Notes: generated by a model from the letters alone, not told the origin. 64,000 nt of DNA from Acidimicrobiia bacterium (GCA_035461175.1 DATHVR010000151.1:5971-69970), one strand, 5' to 3'; positions 46,651 through 58,150 are shown, counted from the stretch's first letter. Translations and numbers: made by a program.

Positions 46651-46884
46651 ACCAACGGCCCGCAACCCTTCGGGAGGCTGAAACCGACCCACACCACGAC
46701 GGCGACCGGCCGCCCGGGTTGCCACGAAATGATCCCGGGCAGTCGGGAACGCTCCCCGGAGGGTGCAACCAGGAGTACTGAGTCGATCTCGTTTAGCCCG
46801 GGATGAGGTCTAGCCTACAATCGGCCCGACCGGGGGACCTCGCTGTCGCGCCTGCCGGCCCCGATTCCGCCACCCATTAGAGAC

Positions 46885-48828
46885 GTGCCAGCCCGAGCCA
46901 GATCAGCCCGCTCCCTCCTCCTAGTTCTCGCCGCCGTCTTGCTGGTGGCGGGGATCTACGGCGTCGCCCGCTGGGCCTCGGCCGGAGAGGTGCTGGGTTC
47001 CGTGACCGTACTGGATCTAGAGCTGGGAGGCACCACGCCCGACGTCGCCGCTCAGGCCCTGGCCGACCTCGAGGTGCGACTGGCAGACATGCCGGCGCGG
47101 GTCTCGATCGAGAGCACCGTGGTAGACGTACTGCCGACCCAGGCCGGCTTCGACCTCGACGAGGAGACACTGGTCGAGGAGGCAATGGCGGTGGGCCGGA
47201 CCGCGAACCCCGTGTCCGATTTCATATGGTGGTTGACGCATCTGACCGGCTCGACCGAGATCCAGCCCCAGGGCTCGCTCGACGAGGGGGCACTCGAGGC
47301 CCTTCTGGAAGGCTACGACGGCGCCATCATCGGGAACCCACCCTTCGAGGGGTCGATCGAATTGGAGGAGGGCTCGATCGTCGCCCAGTATCCGCGTCCG
47401 GGCAGGCGCATCGCCCGTGATACGGCCGGCGAGTTGCTGCTCGCCAACTTCCTCGATCCCCAGCGTCCCCCGGTCGAACTCCCCATCCGCGAGGAGGTCC
47501 CCACACTGACCCCGGCCGACATCGATGCCGCTCGAGGTGAGGCCGAGCTGATGCTGTCGGGGCCCATCGTCCTCACCGCCGAGAACGACACCACCCTCAC
47601 CTTCTCGGTCGAAGATCTCCGGAACTCCTTTGTGACCGGGACACGCCAGGATCCGCCCGGCATCGAACTCGGATTCGATCCCGGTGCGATCGAGACCCGC
47701 CTCGCCGAGGTTCGCCCAGAATTCGAGTCCTCACCGGTCAACGCCCGCTTCGAGATCAGCGGCTACGAGGTGGGAATCATTCCCGGACGCAACGGGACGC
47801 TGCTCGAAGCCGACGACACGGCCGAGGTCCTGGCCGCCGCCTCCCGGACCTCGCTGCGCCGGGCCGAGTTGCCCCTCGTCGAGGGCGCCGAGCCCGAGGT
47901 CACTACCGCCGACCTCGAGGCTCTCGACATCCGGCATCTGGTGGCACAGTTCACCACCTACCACGAGTGTTGCGCTGCCCGGGTAACCAACATCCACCTG
48001 ATGGCCGACGAGGTCGACGGGGCCGTCGTCCCTTCCGGCGGGGAGTTCTCGCTCAACGACTACGTCGGGCGCCGGACCGAAGCGGAGGGTTACCTGCCCG
48101 CCGGCACCATCGTCGGCGGCGAGATCGTCGACACCGTGGGGGGCGGTGTGAGCCAGTTCGCCACCACCTTCTACAACGCCGTGTTCTGGGGCGGCTACCA
48201 GGACGTCACCCACAAACCCCACTCCTTCTGGTTCGATCGCTATCCGGAAGGGATCGAGGCCACCATCTCGTGGCCGCTCCCCGACCTGGTCTTCCGCAAT
48301 GACGACGAGTCGGGCGTTCTCATCAAGACCGAGTACACCGACACCTCGATCACAGTCAAGTTCTACGGCAACAACGAGGGTCGAATCCTCTCGGGAGAGA
48401 ACTCCAACGGCAACCTCTCGGTGGGCGTCGTGGCCGAGGGTGGTCCGGGCGCCAAAGAGGTGAGAGGTGACCGGTCGGAGCGATTCGACTTCCGCGATCC
48501 TCCTTCGCCCCTCTACCGGGGCAACCCCGAGCTCGGGGTCGACGACAGCAGAACCGTCCAGCGACCGAGGGAAGGCTGGAGCCTGACCGTCACCCGCACC
48601 ATCACGATCGATGGCGAGACCACCACTGAGGAGTGGCCGGTTCGTTACGTACCCCAGCAGGAGATCATCGAGGTGCATCCGTGCAAGGTGCCGGACGCGT
48701 CGGAGAGCTGTCCCACCACGACGACCACCACGGTGACGACGGTGCCACCGACCACCGAGCCGACCGAGACCACATCCACCACCGCAGCGCCCGAGTCGAC
48801 CACCACGACCGTACCCGACGAGGGCTAG
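46885..48828 (+). CDS. VanW-family protein with N-terminal membrane anchor and Thr/Pro-rich C-terminal tail
   Basis: VanW core VVPSGGEFSLNDYVGRRTEAEGYLPAGTIVGGEIVDTVGGGVSQFATTFYNAVFWGG, an N-terminal TM helix, and a C-terminal TTTTTVTTVPPTTEPTETTSTT. Confidence 0.8.
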   Translation: MPARARSARSLLLVLAAVLLVAGIYGVARWASAGEVLGSVTVLDLELGGTTPDVAAQALADLEVRLADMPARVSIESTVVDVLPTQAGFDLDEETLVEEAMAVGRTANPVSDFIWWLTHLTGSTEIQPQGSLDEGALEALLEGYDGAIIGNPPFEGSIELEEGSIVAQYPRPGRRIARDTAGELLLANFLDPQRPPVELPIREEVPTLTPADIDAARGEAELMLSGPIVLTAENDTTLTFSVEDLRNSFVTGTRQDPPGIELGFDPGAIETRLAEVRPEFESSPVNARFEISGYEVGIIPGRNGTLLEADDTAEVLAAASRTSLRRAELPLVEGAEPEVTTADLEALDIRHLVAQFTTYHECCAARVTNIHLMADEVDGAVVPSGGEFSLNDYVGRRTEAEGYLPAGTIVGGEIVDTVGGGVSQFATTFYNAVFWGGYQDVTHKPHSFWFDRYPEGIEATISWPLPDLVFRNDDESGVLIKTEYTDTSITVKFYGNNEGRILSGENSNGNLSVGVVAEGGPGAKEVRGDRSERFDFRDPPSPLYRGNPELGVDDSRTVQRPREGWSLTVTRTITIDGETTTEEWPVRYVPQQEIIEVHPCKVPDASESCPTTTTTTVTTVPPTTEPTETTSTTAAPESTTTTVPDEG

Positions 48829-48831
48829 GGA

Positions 48832-49128
48832 TCAGTCGGGATAGAAACGGAAGAAATGGGCGACCACCTGTTCGACCGTCTCGCGGGCCGATTCGGTCCA
48901 CTCACCGGCGCGAGAGATGCTGACGGCATTGGACATGACGTGGACCCGGTCGATGTCGGCGTCGGCCTCGAACAGCCGTTCCGCCAGCCGGGCCGGGAAG
49001 GTGTCCGAGGTCGTCGTGTAGCCGGGGGTGTAGGCCTCACCGTCCTGGCCCGCCAGGCTGCGGTTGGTGTCGATGACGAGGACCTCGCCGATCTGGCGTG
49101 ACCCGTTGATCTCGATGGTCTGACCCAT
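48832..49128 (-). CDS. Small protein resembling the Nfu/NifU N-terminal scaffold domain
   Basis: The pattern FPARLAERLFE...IDRVHVMSNAVSISRAGEW...VEQVVAHFF resembles the Nfu_N consensus. The match is weak. Confidence 0.4.
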   Translation of the reverse strand: MGQTIEINGSRQIGEVLVIDTNRSLAGQDGEAYTPGYTTTSDTFPARLAERLFEADADIDRVHVMSNAVSISRAGEWTESARETVEQVVAHFFRFYPD

Positions 49129-49188
49129 GGACGGGGAGCATAGCCGTCAGGCCTGCCACCCCGACCCGCCGACGACACGTCCGGGCGG

Positions 49189-50652
49189 CTAGTAGCCGAG
49201 TCCGCCGACTTCGGGAGAGCGGCGCGCGCTGCGCTGGGACAGCACCCCGCCGTGCCGTTCTCCCACCAGGTGGATCTTCATGAGGTTGGTGGCGGAGCGC
49301 TGGTTGGGGGGGATGCCCGCCACCATCACGACCAGGTCGCCCCGATGACAGATCTCCTCGCGCTCGAGGAACTTCTCGGCGGCGGCGATCTCGTGATCGG
49401 TGTAGTCGCGCCGCTCGAACGGGTACGCGGTCACTCCCCAGAACAGTGCCATTCGCCGACGGGTGGGCGGAAGGGGGGTGAAGGCGACGATGGCGGCCTC
49501 GGGCCGGTACTTGGAGATCAGCCGGGCCGTGCTGCCGGTCTCCGTGAAGGCGACGATGGTGTTGATGCCGAGATTGGCCGCCGCCTCCGTGGCAGCCTGG
49601 GCGATGGCGGAGGCGACCCGATTGGCCGCTCCGACGAACGGGACCGGTTGGGCCAGGGGCGACGATTCGGCTTCGACACAGATGCGGGCCATGGTCTCGA
49701 CGGTCTTGGACGGGTAGTCGCCCACCGCGGTCTCACCCGAAAGCATCACGGCGTCGGTCCCCGAGATGACGGCGGTGGCGACATCCGTCACCTCGGCCCG
49801 GGTGGGGCGGGGGGAATGGGTCATCGACTCCAGCATCTCGGTGGCCGTGATCGAGATCCGGCCGGCGGCGTTGGTCCGGGCCAGGATGTCGGTCTGGATG
49901 TGGGGAATCCTCTCCAGCGGCAATTGAACACCGAGGTCGCCACGGGCCACCATCACCCCATCCGCTTCGGCGAGGATGTCGTCGAGATTCTGATAGGCCA
50001 CCGCCAGCTCGACCTTGGCGATCACCGGCGCCTCGCCCACCAACTTACGGACCTCGCGCACATCGTCGCCGGTTCGCACGAACGAGGCGGCCACGTAGTC
50101 GACGCCCAGCTCCCTGCCCAGCTTGAGATCGTCGCGGTCCTTGGCGGTGACACTCGGCACCCGCAGATCGGTGTCGGGGCAGGCGACTCCCTTGCGGTCC
50201 TTGAGCTCGCCGCCCACCCGAACCAGCGCCGTGAGCGAGTCCGGGTCGGTGCCGATCACCTCCAGCACGATCAGCCCATCCGAGAGAAGGATCGTGTCTC
50301 CCACGTCCACGTCCTCGGTCAGATACGGATAGTCGACCTCGATGCGGTTCTCTGTGCCGAGGCCTGAGCCGGCGACCAGAGAGACCAAGTCCCCCTGTTC
50401 GAGATCGATCGAGCCATCGGGAAAGCGGCCGACCCGGAGTTTGGGGCCCTGGATGTCCTGGAGAACGGCCACGTTGCGACCCGCCTCGTCGGCCGCCTGC
50501 CTGATCCAGTCGAACCAGCGGCGGTGAGTCGCGTGGTCGCCGTGGGAGAAATTGAGCCGGGCCACGTCCATTCCCGCCGCCACCAGCGACTGGACGGACT
50601 CATAGGTATGTATAGAGGGCCCCAGTGTGGCCACAATCTTGGTTCGACGCAC
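49189..50652 (-). CDS. pyk: Pyruvate kinase
   Basis: MRRTKIVATLGPS, ARLNFSHG, MVARGDLG and the full-length PK fold. Confidence 0.95.
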   Translation of the reverse strand: MRRTKIVATLGPSIHTYESVQSLVAAGMDVARLNFSHGDHATHRRWFDWIRQAADEAGRNVAVLQDIQGPKLRVGRFPDGSIDLEQGDLVSLVAGSGLGTENRIEVDYPYLTEDVDVGDTILLSDGLIVLEVIGTDPDSLTALVRVGGELKDRKGVACPDTDLRVPSVTAKDRDDLKLGRELGVDYVAASFVRTGDDVREVRKLVGEAPVIAKVELAVAYQNLDDILAEADGVMVARGDLGVQLPLERIPHIQTDILARTNAAGRISITATEMLESMTHSPRPTRAEVTDVATAVISGTDAVMLSGETAVGDYPSKTVETMARICVEAESSPLAQPVPFVGAANRVASAIAQAATEAAANLGINTIVAFTETGSTARLISKYRPEAAIVAFTPLPPTRRRMALFWGVTAYPFERRDYTDHEIAAAEKFLEREEICHRGDLVVMVAGIPPNQRSATNLMKIHLVGERHGGVLSQRSARRSPEVGGLGY

Positions 50653-50698
50653 GCCTAGAACCTAGCGCCCCCGCCGTCTCTCCACCCGCACCGCCCGC

Positions 50699-51331
50699 TC
50701 AGATGAGCGAGGAGACCACCCTGGTGGCCGCCTGCAGGGCAGCCGACCCGAACACTCCGCGATCCACGGCCACCACCCGCATGCCCGCCGCTCGGGCCGA
50801 GGCGACCCCTGTGGGACTGTCTTCGATTACCAGGCAGCGGGAGGGGTCGGTGTCCAGCAGGCGGGCGGCGAGGAGGTAGATGTCGGGCTCGGGCTTGGGG
50901 TGGGTCACGTCGTCGCTGGTGACCCGGATCCGGAACCGGTCGGCCAGCCCGGCCGAAGTGAGGATGGCATCCAGCCGCCAGGACTCGCTGTTCGTCACCA
51001 CCGCCGTCGACAGGGTCGAGCCTTCGACCTGCTCGAGAGCCTTGGTGGCGTCGGGGAACACCTCGAGGGGCGACTCGGCGAGACCTGTGAGAAGGAAGTC
51101 GGCGGCGCGATCGGCCAGCACGGCCGGAGAAACCCCGGCTTCGGCGGCGTAGCGCACGGCTATCGACTCGTCGGTGGTCCCGACCCAAGCTGAGAAGTCG
51201 CCCAGGTCGATCCCGTACTCGGCCAGGGCGGTCCGCCAGGCCCATTCGGAGACCGGTTCGGAGTCGACCAGGACACCATCGCAGTCGAACAGGACCGCGT
51301 CCACCCCCTCGAAATCCAGGAAACGCCCCAC
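50699..51331 (-). CDS. HAD-superfamily hydrolase, subfamily IA (beta-phosphoglucomutase-like)
   Basis: Motif I LFDCDGVLVDSE, motif II VVTNS, motif III/IV K...IEDSPTGVASARAAGM. Confidence 0.8.
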   Translation of the reverse strand: MGRFLDFEGVDAVLFDCDGVLVDSEPVSEWAWRTALAEYGIDLGDFSAWVGTTDESIAVRYAAEAGVSPAVLADRAADFLLTGLAESPLEVFPDATKALEQVEGSTLSTAVVTNSESWRLDAILTSAGLADRFRIRVTSDDVTHPKPEPDIYLLAARLLDTDPSRCLVIEDSPTGVASARAAGMRVVAVDRGVFGSAALQAATRVVSSLI

Positions 51332-52780
51332 TCAGGTCTCGAGGTGCTGGGTCAGCAACTCATTGACGAGCCTGGGATCGGCCTTGCCTCCGGACGAGCG
51401 CATCACGGCCCCGACCAGGAAACCGATCACCTTCTGCTCGCCCCCCCGATACCGCTCGACCGCATCCGGGTTTTCGACCAGAACCGAAGCGACGATGCTC
51501 TCCAGGGCGCCGGTATCGGAGATCTGGATCAGGTCGCGGCTCTCGGCCACGGCGCGGGGAGAGCCTTCTCCGGCGACGACGCCGGCCAGCACCTCCTTGG
51601 CGGCCGATGCCGATAGGTCCCCGCCGGCCACCATGGCGGACAGCTCGGCGATAGCGGCGCCATCCACAGCCGTCGCCTCGAGGGCCAGCTCCTCACGTCG
51701 CAACAGAGCTGTGAGTTCCCCTGTCACCCAGTTGGCGGCCGGAACCGGATCGGCTCCCGCCCCCACGGCCTCCTCGAATAGACCCCGCAGATCCGGTTCG
51801 GCGGCGGTGAGAACGGCCGCGGTGTGGTTGTCGAGTCCCGCCTCGGCGTAGCGCCGTCGACGCGCCCCCGGTGTCTCGGGGAGGCGGGCGGCGATGGCCG
51901 CCACCCAATCGTCCTCGAGCACCATGGGGAGCAGGTCGGGTTCGGTGAAGTAGCGGTAGTCCGAGGAGCCCTCTTTGACACGCATGCTGTGGGTGACCCC
52001 GGCCTCCTCGTCCCAGTGCCGGGTCTCCTGCACCAAGCTGCCGCCGCCTTCGAGAACCTCGATCTGACGCTGGATCTCGTAGTCGACGGCCCGTTCCAGG
52101 GATCGGAAGGAATTCATGTTCTTGATCTCGACCTTGGTTCCCAGCGTCGAGGACCCGACGGGCCGCACCGACACGTTGGCGTCGAAGCGGATCGAGCCCT
52201 CTTCCATCCGGGCGTCGGACACCCCGAGCTCGGCGACGAGTGCCCGCAGCTCCTGGGCGTAGGCCCGGGCCTGGGCGGCCGAGTGGATGTCGGGGCGGGA
52301 GACGATCTCCACCAGCGGGACGCCGGAGCGGTTGAAGTCGAGCAGAGTCGCCTCGGCTCCGTGGATGCGTCCGCCCTCGCCCACGTGGCGGGACTTGCCG
52401 GTGTCCTCTTCCATGTGGGCGCGTTCGATACCGACGACCGTCGTCTCCCCGTCCACCTCGACCTCGAGGCGGCCGTCATGGCAGACCGGGATGTCGAACT
52501 GGGAGATCTGGTAGTTCTTGGGGAGGTCGGCGTAGAAGTAGTTCTTGCGATGGAATACCGACCGGGGGGTGATCGAGCACTCCAGCGCCAGCCCGATGGC
52601 GGTGATCCATTCGATCGCCCGGGCGTTCGTCACCGGCAGCGCGCCGGGCAACCCCAGGCACACCGGGCAGACGCTGGTGTTGGGGTCCTCACCGAAGCCG
52701 ACGGCACAGCCACAGAACATCTTCGAGTCGGTGCGCAACTCGACGTGCACCTCGATCCCGATCACCGGCTCCCAGTTCAC
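51332..52780 (-). CDS. gatB: Asp-tRNA(Asn)/Glu-tRNA(Gln) amidotransferase subunit B
   Basis: [15 protein letters not shown]...KMFCGC...[11 protein letters not shown]-terminus and the full GatB architecture. Confidence 0.95.
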   Translation of the reverse strand: MNWEPVIGIEVHVELRTDSKMFCGCAVGFGEDPNTSVCPVCLGLPGALPVTNARAIEWITAIGLALECSITPRSVFHRKNYFYADLPKNYQISQFDIPVCHDGRLEVEVDGETTVVGIERAHMEEDTGKSRHVGEGGRIHGAEATLLDFNRSGVPLVEIVSRPDIHSAAQARAYAQELRALVAELGVSDARMEEGSIRFDANVSVRPVGSSTLGTKVEIKNMNSFRSLERAVDYEIQRQIEVLEGGGSLVQETRHWDEEAGVTHSMRVKEGSSDYRYFTEPDLLPMVLEDDWVAAIAARLPETPGARRRRYAEAGLDNHTAAVLTAAEPDLRGLFEEAVGAGADPVPAANWVTGELTALLRREELALEATAVDGAAIAELSAMVAGGDLSASAAKEVLAGVVAGEGSPRAVAESRDLIQISDTGALESIVASVLVENPDAVERYRGGEQKVIGFLVGAVMRSSGGKADPRLVNELLTQHLET

Positions 52781-54237
52781 GACCCACCTCCCGGGCGCAT
52801 CGAGAACCCGGCCGCCCGCTCGATCTGGGCGGCGACGGCGAACATGATCTCTTCACCCAGCGCCGGCGCCATCACCTGGATACCGATCGGGAGGCCGTCG
52901 GAATCCAGCCCGGTCGGAACCGACATGGCCGGGTGCCCGGTGAGGTTGGCGGGAATGGTGCAAATGTCCGAGAGATACATCGCCAACGGGTCGGAGGTCT
53001 TGGCGCCCAATTCGAAGGCGACGGTGGGACTGGTCGGTGAGATGAGGACATCGACATTCTCGAAGGCGGCCTCGAACTCGGCGATGAGTCGGGTCCTGAC
53101 TCGCTGGGCCTGGCCGTAGAAGGCGTCGTAGTAGCCGGCGGAGAGCGAATAGGTCCCGAGGAGGATCCGCCGGGTCGGCTCAGGCCCGAAGCCGGCGGCG
53201 CGGGTGCGGGCCATCATCTCTTCGGTGGTCTCACCGTCGACCCGGTTGCCGTACCTGACCCCGTCGAAACGGGCGAGGTTGGCCGACGCCTCGGCGGGGG
53301 CGATCAGGTAGTAGGCGGAGAGGGCGACGTCGGCGGTGGGAATGCTGATGTCGACGATCTCGGCGCCCCGACCCGAGAGAGAGTCGAGCATCGCCGCCAC
53401 CGAGGACTCCACCGCCTCCTCATACCCCTCCCCTGAGAACTGCTCCACCACTCCGATCCGCAGGCCTTCCACCTCCGCGCCCAACGCCGCCATCAGATCG
53501 GGGTAGTCGCCCGGATACGAGGTGGCGTCCCGGGGATCATGGCCCCAAACGGCTTCGAGAAGGATGGCGGCATCCTCCACCGAGCGGGCCATGGGACCGA
53601 TCTGGTCCAGGGAGGAGGCAAAAGCGATCAGGCCGTAGCGACTGACCCGTCCGTAGGTGGGTTTGACCCCCACCACCCCGCACAGGCTGGCCGGCTGGCG
53701 GATCGAACCACCCGTGTCGGACCCAAACGAGCCCAGGGCGGAACCGGCGGCGACGGCCGCCGCCGACCCCCCGGACGACCCGCCGGGGACCCGATCGGGG
53801 TTCCAGGGGTTGCGACTGGGACCGTAGGCGGAGTTCTCCGTCGACGATCCCATGGCGAACTCGTCGAGGTTGGTCTTGCCGAGGATGACGGCGCCCTGCG
53901 CCCGCAATCGCTCCACGATGTGGGCGTCATAGGGCGGCACGTAGCCGGCCAGGATCTGCGATCCGGCAGTGGTCTCGAGGCCCCGGGTGCTCATGTTGTC
54001 CTTGAGTGCGACCGGGATCCCGTCGATCCGGCCGAGAGAACGCCCCTCGGCCCGGCGGGCGTCGGCGGCCCGGGCGGCTTCCAGCGCCCCCTCACGGTCG
54101 AGGGTGAGATAGCAGTGCAAGTCGGCCTCGGTCATCGTGGCCCGTTCCAGCACGGCGGTGGTCAGGGTCACCGAGTCGAGTTCACTCTCCTCCAGGCGTC
54201 GGGCAGCCTCCGAGATCGTCAGATCGGCCGGACTCAC
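52777..54237 (-). CDS. gatA: Asp-tRNA(Asn)/Glu-tRNA(Gln) amidotransferase subunit A (amidase)
   Basis: Amidase signature [14 protein letters not shown] with Ser-cisSer-Lys triad regions. Overlaps gatB and gatC by 4 nt each. Confidence 0.95.
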   Translation of the reverse strand: MSPADLTISEAARRLEESELDSVTLTTAVLERATMTEADLHCYLTLDREGALEAARAADARRAEGRSLGRIDGIPVALKDNMSTRGLETTAGSQILAGYVPPYDAHIVERLRAQGAVILGKTNLDEFAMGSSTENSAYGPSRNPWNPDRVPGGSSGGSAAAVAAGSALGSFGSDTGGSIRQPASLCGVVGVKPTYGRVSRYGLIAFASSLDQIGPMARSVEDAAILLEAVWGHDPRDATSYPGDYPDLMAALGAEVEGLRIGVVEQFSGEGYEEAVESSVAAMLDSLSGRGAEIVDISIPTADVALSAYYLIAPAEASANLARFDGVRYGNRVDGETTEEMMARTRAAGFGPEPTRRILLGTYSLSAGYYDAFYGQAQRVRTRLIAEFEAAFENVDVLISPTSPTVAFELGAKTSDPLAMYLSDICTIPANLTGHPAMSVPTGLDSDGLPIGIQVMAPALGEEIMFAVAAQIERAAGFSMRPGGGS

Positions 54238-54524
54238 TCGACCTCCAGGGCCGGGGGTACCACGAAGAAGCCGTCCCGGCTGTCGGGAGCCTGGGAGACC
54301 ACCTCGTCACGGTCGAGTGAGGGGCGGACGCGGTCCTCCCGGAAACCGTTGGTGATGCCGAGGGGGTGAGCGGTGGGCTCGACGTCCGGCGTCGCCACCT
54401 CCTGAACCTTGGCGGCATGCTCGAGAATCACAGCCAGTTGCCGGCGATACATCTCGAGATCCTCGGGACTGAGACCGAGTCGGGCGAGGCGCGCCACATG
54501 GGCGATATCGATGTCGATGGGCAC
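54234..54524 (-). CDS. gatC: Asp-tRNA(Asn)/Glu-tRNA(Gln) amidotransferase subunit C
   Basis: 96 aa; motif [18 protein letters not shown]...REDRV is typical of GatC. Confidence 0.85.
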   Translation of the reverse strand: MPIDIDIAHVARLARLGLSPEDLEMYRRQLAVILEHAAKVQEVATPDVEPTAHPLGITNGFREDRVRPSLDRDEVVSQAPDSRDGFFVVPPALEVE

Positions 54525-54585
54525 AGCGCGAGCTTAGTTTGCCACTATCTCGACCCGGCATTCAGGGCACCACTAGCGTCCTCAC

Positions 54586-56044
54586 CATGCACCTGATCCC
54601 AGTCGTCATCGTCGCCCACGCGGGGGAGCCCGCCGGGTGGGAGGATGCGGTCGGCGCCCTGGCGTCTGTACTGGAAAGGCATCCGGACCTGTCCTTGGCG
54701 GTGCGCATGCCGGGGGCGGTGGTCGAGCATCTCACTCGCTCCGACCCGGACGGTTGGAAACGACTCGTCGAGCATCCCATCACCTGGCTGGCGGGTGGCT
54801 ACAGCGACCCCGTCCTCACGACACTTCCGCCGGCGGCGGTGGAGGCCCAACTCGACCGTGAGCACACGGCCATGGAAGGAGCGGGGATCACCCCGTCCGG
54901 CCTGTGGCTGGGTGACGCCTGGGAGCCGGGGCTGGTTACGGCCGCCCGCCGGGCCGAGCTGCCGCTGGTGTACCTCGACACGACGGTGCTGGGAGAGGAA
55001 TGCGACCGCCCGGCCGCCGTGGAGAGGGCGGGAGAAACGGTGATCGCGATCCCGGTCCACTCCCGGCCTCCCGGGCTCGATGGCGACGGGCTGGTGGGCG
55101 TCCGCACCACCCCCGCCGATCTTGCCCTCCTCGTGGAGGAGCACAGCGGTCGTTTCCTCGACCCGGAAAGCTACCTGAGCCTCCACCGTCCCGGCCCCAA
55201 GGTGGCTCCTGCCGTGGTGTCACCCACCCGTTCCGACGATGCCGAGCATTTCTATCGGCGTCTGCTGTTGCTGATAGGCGAGGAAGGTGAACGCAGCGGC
55301 CCCCGCGACGAGATTCTCCGTCTCCAGTCCCGGGAGTTCATCACCGGGACCGGCCAAATCGCCGCACTCCCCCGTCTGCTCGAGGCGCGCACGGTGGTCG
55401 ACGCCGCCCGGCACCGGGGCGACACCTGGGTCACCACCAAGGTCGTCGACTGGGATGCCGACGGCATCGACGAGATCCAGATCGAGACGGCGGCCACCTC
55501 GCTCGTCGTCGACCCCCACTTGGGCTCCATCGACGTCTGGGACGACAAGACCGGACGCTGGCCCATCTGTGCGGTGGATCCCCCCACTTCGGCGGTCCTG
55601 ATTCGGCGCCTCGACGCCGACGGTGAGGAGCCGCCTGTCGAACCGATGCGGGTCGAACGGCGCAGTGAAGCGCGGGCGGAGGCCCAGCTGACGCTGGTGG
55701 GAGGGTCGGGCGCCCGCGTCGCAATCGAGGCCCGCGGCCGCTCCCTCGATCTGAGCCTCGACGTGACCGACTCCGGACCAATCCGTTTCGGGCCCGAGAT
55801 CCCCCTCGCCCTCCGGGGCGCCCGGATCCGGGTCGATGGCGGTGACTGGACCGAGACCTCGGCCCCGCTGGCCCTGTCGGGCCACCGGTTCCGCTTGACC
55901 GACGACGACCACGGGATGCTGATCTCCGCTCCCCGCCCCTGCGACATGTTCGTCCGCCCCCTCCCCGGACACGGGATCGTGATCTGGCCCCATTGGGTCA
56001 GCGGCGGCGGCGGCTCTTATCGGCTGGCCTTCTCGGTGGTTTGA
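54586..56044 (+). CDS. Glycoside hydrolase family 57-like protein (divergent)
   Basis: GGYSDPVLTTLP...GITPSGLWLGDAWEPGLV aligns with GH57 GFYEPVLASIP...GVWLTERVWQPELV. The N-terminal HQP motif is replaced by HAGEP and the nucleophile position reads D. Start at MHLIPV. Confidence 0.45.
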
Positions 56045-56072
56045 GAGAACGCAACCGGGCGCCCATGCGTCT

Positions 56073-56612
56073 GTGGGTGTGACCAAGGAGAGTTCCACCA
56101 TCGCCAGATCCCACCAGCAGCGGGTCGAACGGTCGGCGACCCGGGTCCGGCAGCGGCACTTCCCGGACTTCTACCGGGTGAACCACCAGTCCGTCTTCCG
56201 GGCCCTCGTCGCCACCCTGAGCGACCACGATCTCGCCCGGGAAGCCACCGACGAGGCCATGACACGGGCCTACCAGCATTGGGCGAAGGTATCTGGATAC
56301 GACAACGCCCCCGGCTGGGTGTACCGGGTGGGCCTCAACTGGGCCCGGTCCCGGCTCCGCAAGACCACCCGGGAGCATCTCCACGACGTCCCCCCTGATC
56401 GGGGTGTCGCCCAACCCCTGCCCGACCCCGACGTGGAGGCGGCGCTGAAAGCCCTTCCCCTGGAGGCGCGCTCGCTGGTGGTGCTCCGCCACCTCATGGA
56501 CTGGTCATACGAGGAGATCGCCCAGGCCTTGAGCATTCCCGTGGGCACCGTCAAAAGCCGTCTCCATCGCGTCATGAACGAACTCCGCCAGAGCTTGCAG
56601 GAGCCAAGATGA
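56073..56612 (+). CDS. ECF-type RNA polymerase sigma factor
   Basis: Region 2 (REATDEAMTRAYQHW...GWVYRVGLN) and region 4 (EARSLVVLRHLMDWSYEEIAQALSIPVGTVKSRLHRV). Confidence 0.8.
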   Translation: MGVTKESSTIARSHQQRVERSATRVRQRHFPDFYRVNHQSVFRALVATLSDHDLAREATDEAMTRAYQHWAKVSGYDNAPGWVYRVGLNWARSRLRKTTREHLHDVPPDRGVAQPLPDPDVEAALKALPLEARSLVVLRHLMDWSYEEIAQALSIPVGTVKSRLHRVMNELRQSLQEPR

Positions 56613-58144
56613 ACACCGAAGAACGGGTCCGCCTCCACCTCCAGGCGAAAGCCGGCCGACTCGACGCCCCCGATCGCCTCGAGGAAGTGATGCGGGAAGG
56701 CCGCCTGCGACGGATCCGCCGCCAGACCGCCACGGTGCTGGGAGCAGCCGCGCTGGTGGCCGCAGTGGTGGGACTGGCCGCCAACCTCATTCCCGACACC
56801 CAGGGGACGGTCGCCGTCTCGCCCGACACAACGACCTCCGACCCGGCCACCACCACCACCTCCACCTCCATCCCCGGGGCCGTGGACGTCGCCGCCCCGG
56901 CCGGGATCCTGGTGGTGGACGCCGGTGGGATCACCTCGCTGGCACGCGACGGGTCGCCCGGCATCGCCATCGCCGGCGACCCCACCCATCCCATCGCCAC
57001 CGTCTTCCCCGACCAGATGGGCGGGATCATCTACCAGCACGCCACCACCCCGCTGCCCTGGGAGCAGGGCACGCTGCTGTGGTTGCGAGCAGGAGCGGAC
57101 TCCCCCGAGCCGCTGGCGGTCCCCGCGCCGGGCGTTCGCCTCACCCCGGTGGGGCCGGCGCTCTCGACCGGATTCGTCTACCTGCTGGTTGAGCCGACCG
57201 AAGCGGACCCCGAGACCGTGATCATGGTCGTGGACCTGGCCGACGGCGTTCATGAGGAGATCGCTCCCCTGGCGCCCACCGAGGAGGTGAGCGTCGGCGG
57301 CGACCTCCTGGCGGTGGTCGATCGAACCGACGTCATGTGTCCCGAACTGCGCCTGATCGACGTCCACGGGGCACCCCGGCAGTCCCCGCTGGCCGACTGC
57401 CTGCCCGTCGGCGCAGGGATCAGCGTTTCCTCCGATGGCAGCCGGTTGGCACTGCTGGCCGCCGGGACACTGACCGAGTACCACCTCGCCACAGGTGAGG
57501 CAGGACGACAGATCGGGATTCCGGACGGCTATATGGTCACCTCGGGTGCCGGCGGCTGGGCGGTACGGACACCCGAGGAGGTCCGTCTGATCGGGCCCGG
57601 CTGGGAGGAATCGCTTCCCGCGGTCGAATCCGGCTGGGTGGTGCCGTTTGCCCGCCTCGATCTCGGTGCGAATCCCACCCTGGAGTCGGGATCCGATCAG
57701 CTTCCTTGTGTGCCGACGGAGCTGGATCTCCCCGGTCAGGATCTGCCCGCTCCGGTCGTCGAGACGCGAAGGGCTCTGTTCGACCTCGCCTCGACCTGTG
57801 ACTACGAGGGACTGGCGGCACTGGTCGCCGTGGATGGCACCACCATCTCCTACGGAGCTCCCGATGATCCCGTTGCCTTCTGGGTGGGGGAAGCCCGTAG
57901 CGGCACCGAGCCGCTGTCGGTGCTGGCACGGCTCCTCGCCATGACACCCGGGTGGCATGCCGATGGTTGGTATGGCTGGCCGGCGGTCCACGTCGATCCC
58001 GGCACCGAGGCCTACTGGGAGGAACTCGAGGAAGCCGGGATCGACGACGGTGTCGTCGAATCCCCCGAAGGTCGCATTTACTACGGATACCGGGTCGGCA
58101 TCGCCGCCGACGGCACCTGGATGTTCTTCGTGGCCGGCGACTGA
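56609..58144 (+). CDS. Putative anti-sigma factor with single TM helix and large extracytoplasmic domain
   Basis: ATGA overlap with the sigma gene. Cytoplasmic N-terminal ~40 aa, a TM helix (VLGAAALVAAVVGLAANLI), a Thr-rich linker and a ~430-aa periplasmic domain of unknown fold. Confidence 0.5.
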   Translation: MNTEERVRLHLQAKAGRLDAPDRLEEVMREGRLRRIRRQTATVLGAAALVAAVVGLAANLIPDTQGTVAVSPDTTTSDPATTTTSTSIPGAVDVAAPAGILVVDAGGITSLARDGSPGIAIAGDPTHPIATVFPDQMGGIIYQHATTPLPWEQGTLLWLRAGADSPEPLAVPAPGVRLTPVGPALSTGFVYLLVEPTEADPETVIMVVDLADGVHEEIAPLAPTEEVSVGGDLLAVVDRTDVMCPELRLIDVHGAPRQSPLADCLPVGAGISVSSDGSRLALLAAGTLTEYHLATGEAGRQIGIPDGYMVTSGAGGWAVRTPEEVRLIGPGWEESLPAVESGWVVPFARLDLGANPTLESGSDQLPCVPTELDLPGQDLPAPVVETRRALFDLASTCDYEGLAALVAVDGTTISYGAPDDPVAFWVGEARSGTEPLSVLARLLAMTPGWHADGWYGWPAVHVDPGTEAYWEELEEAGIDDGVVESPEGRIYYGYRVGIAADGTWMFFVAGD

Positions 58145-58150
58145 GCCTTT

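Noticed and set aside
46651-46884. c-di-AMP (ydaO) riboswitch upstream of vanW
   Set aside because: I could not find the characteristic ydaO conserved segments. It is kept only as a possible structured leader.
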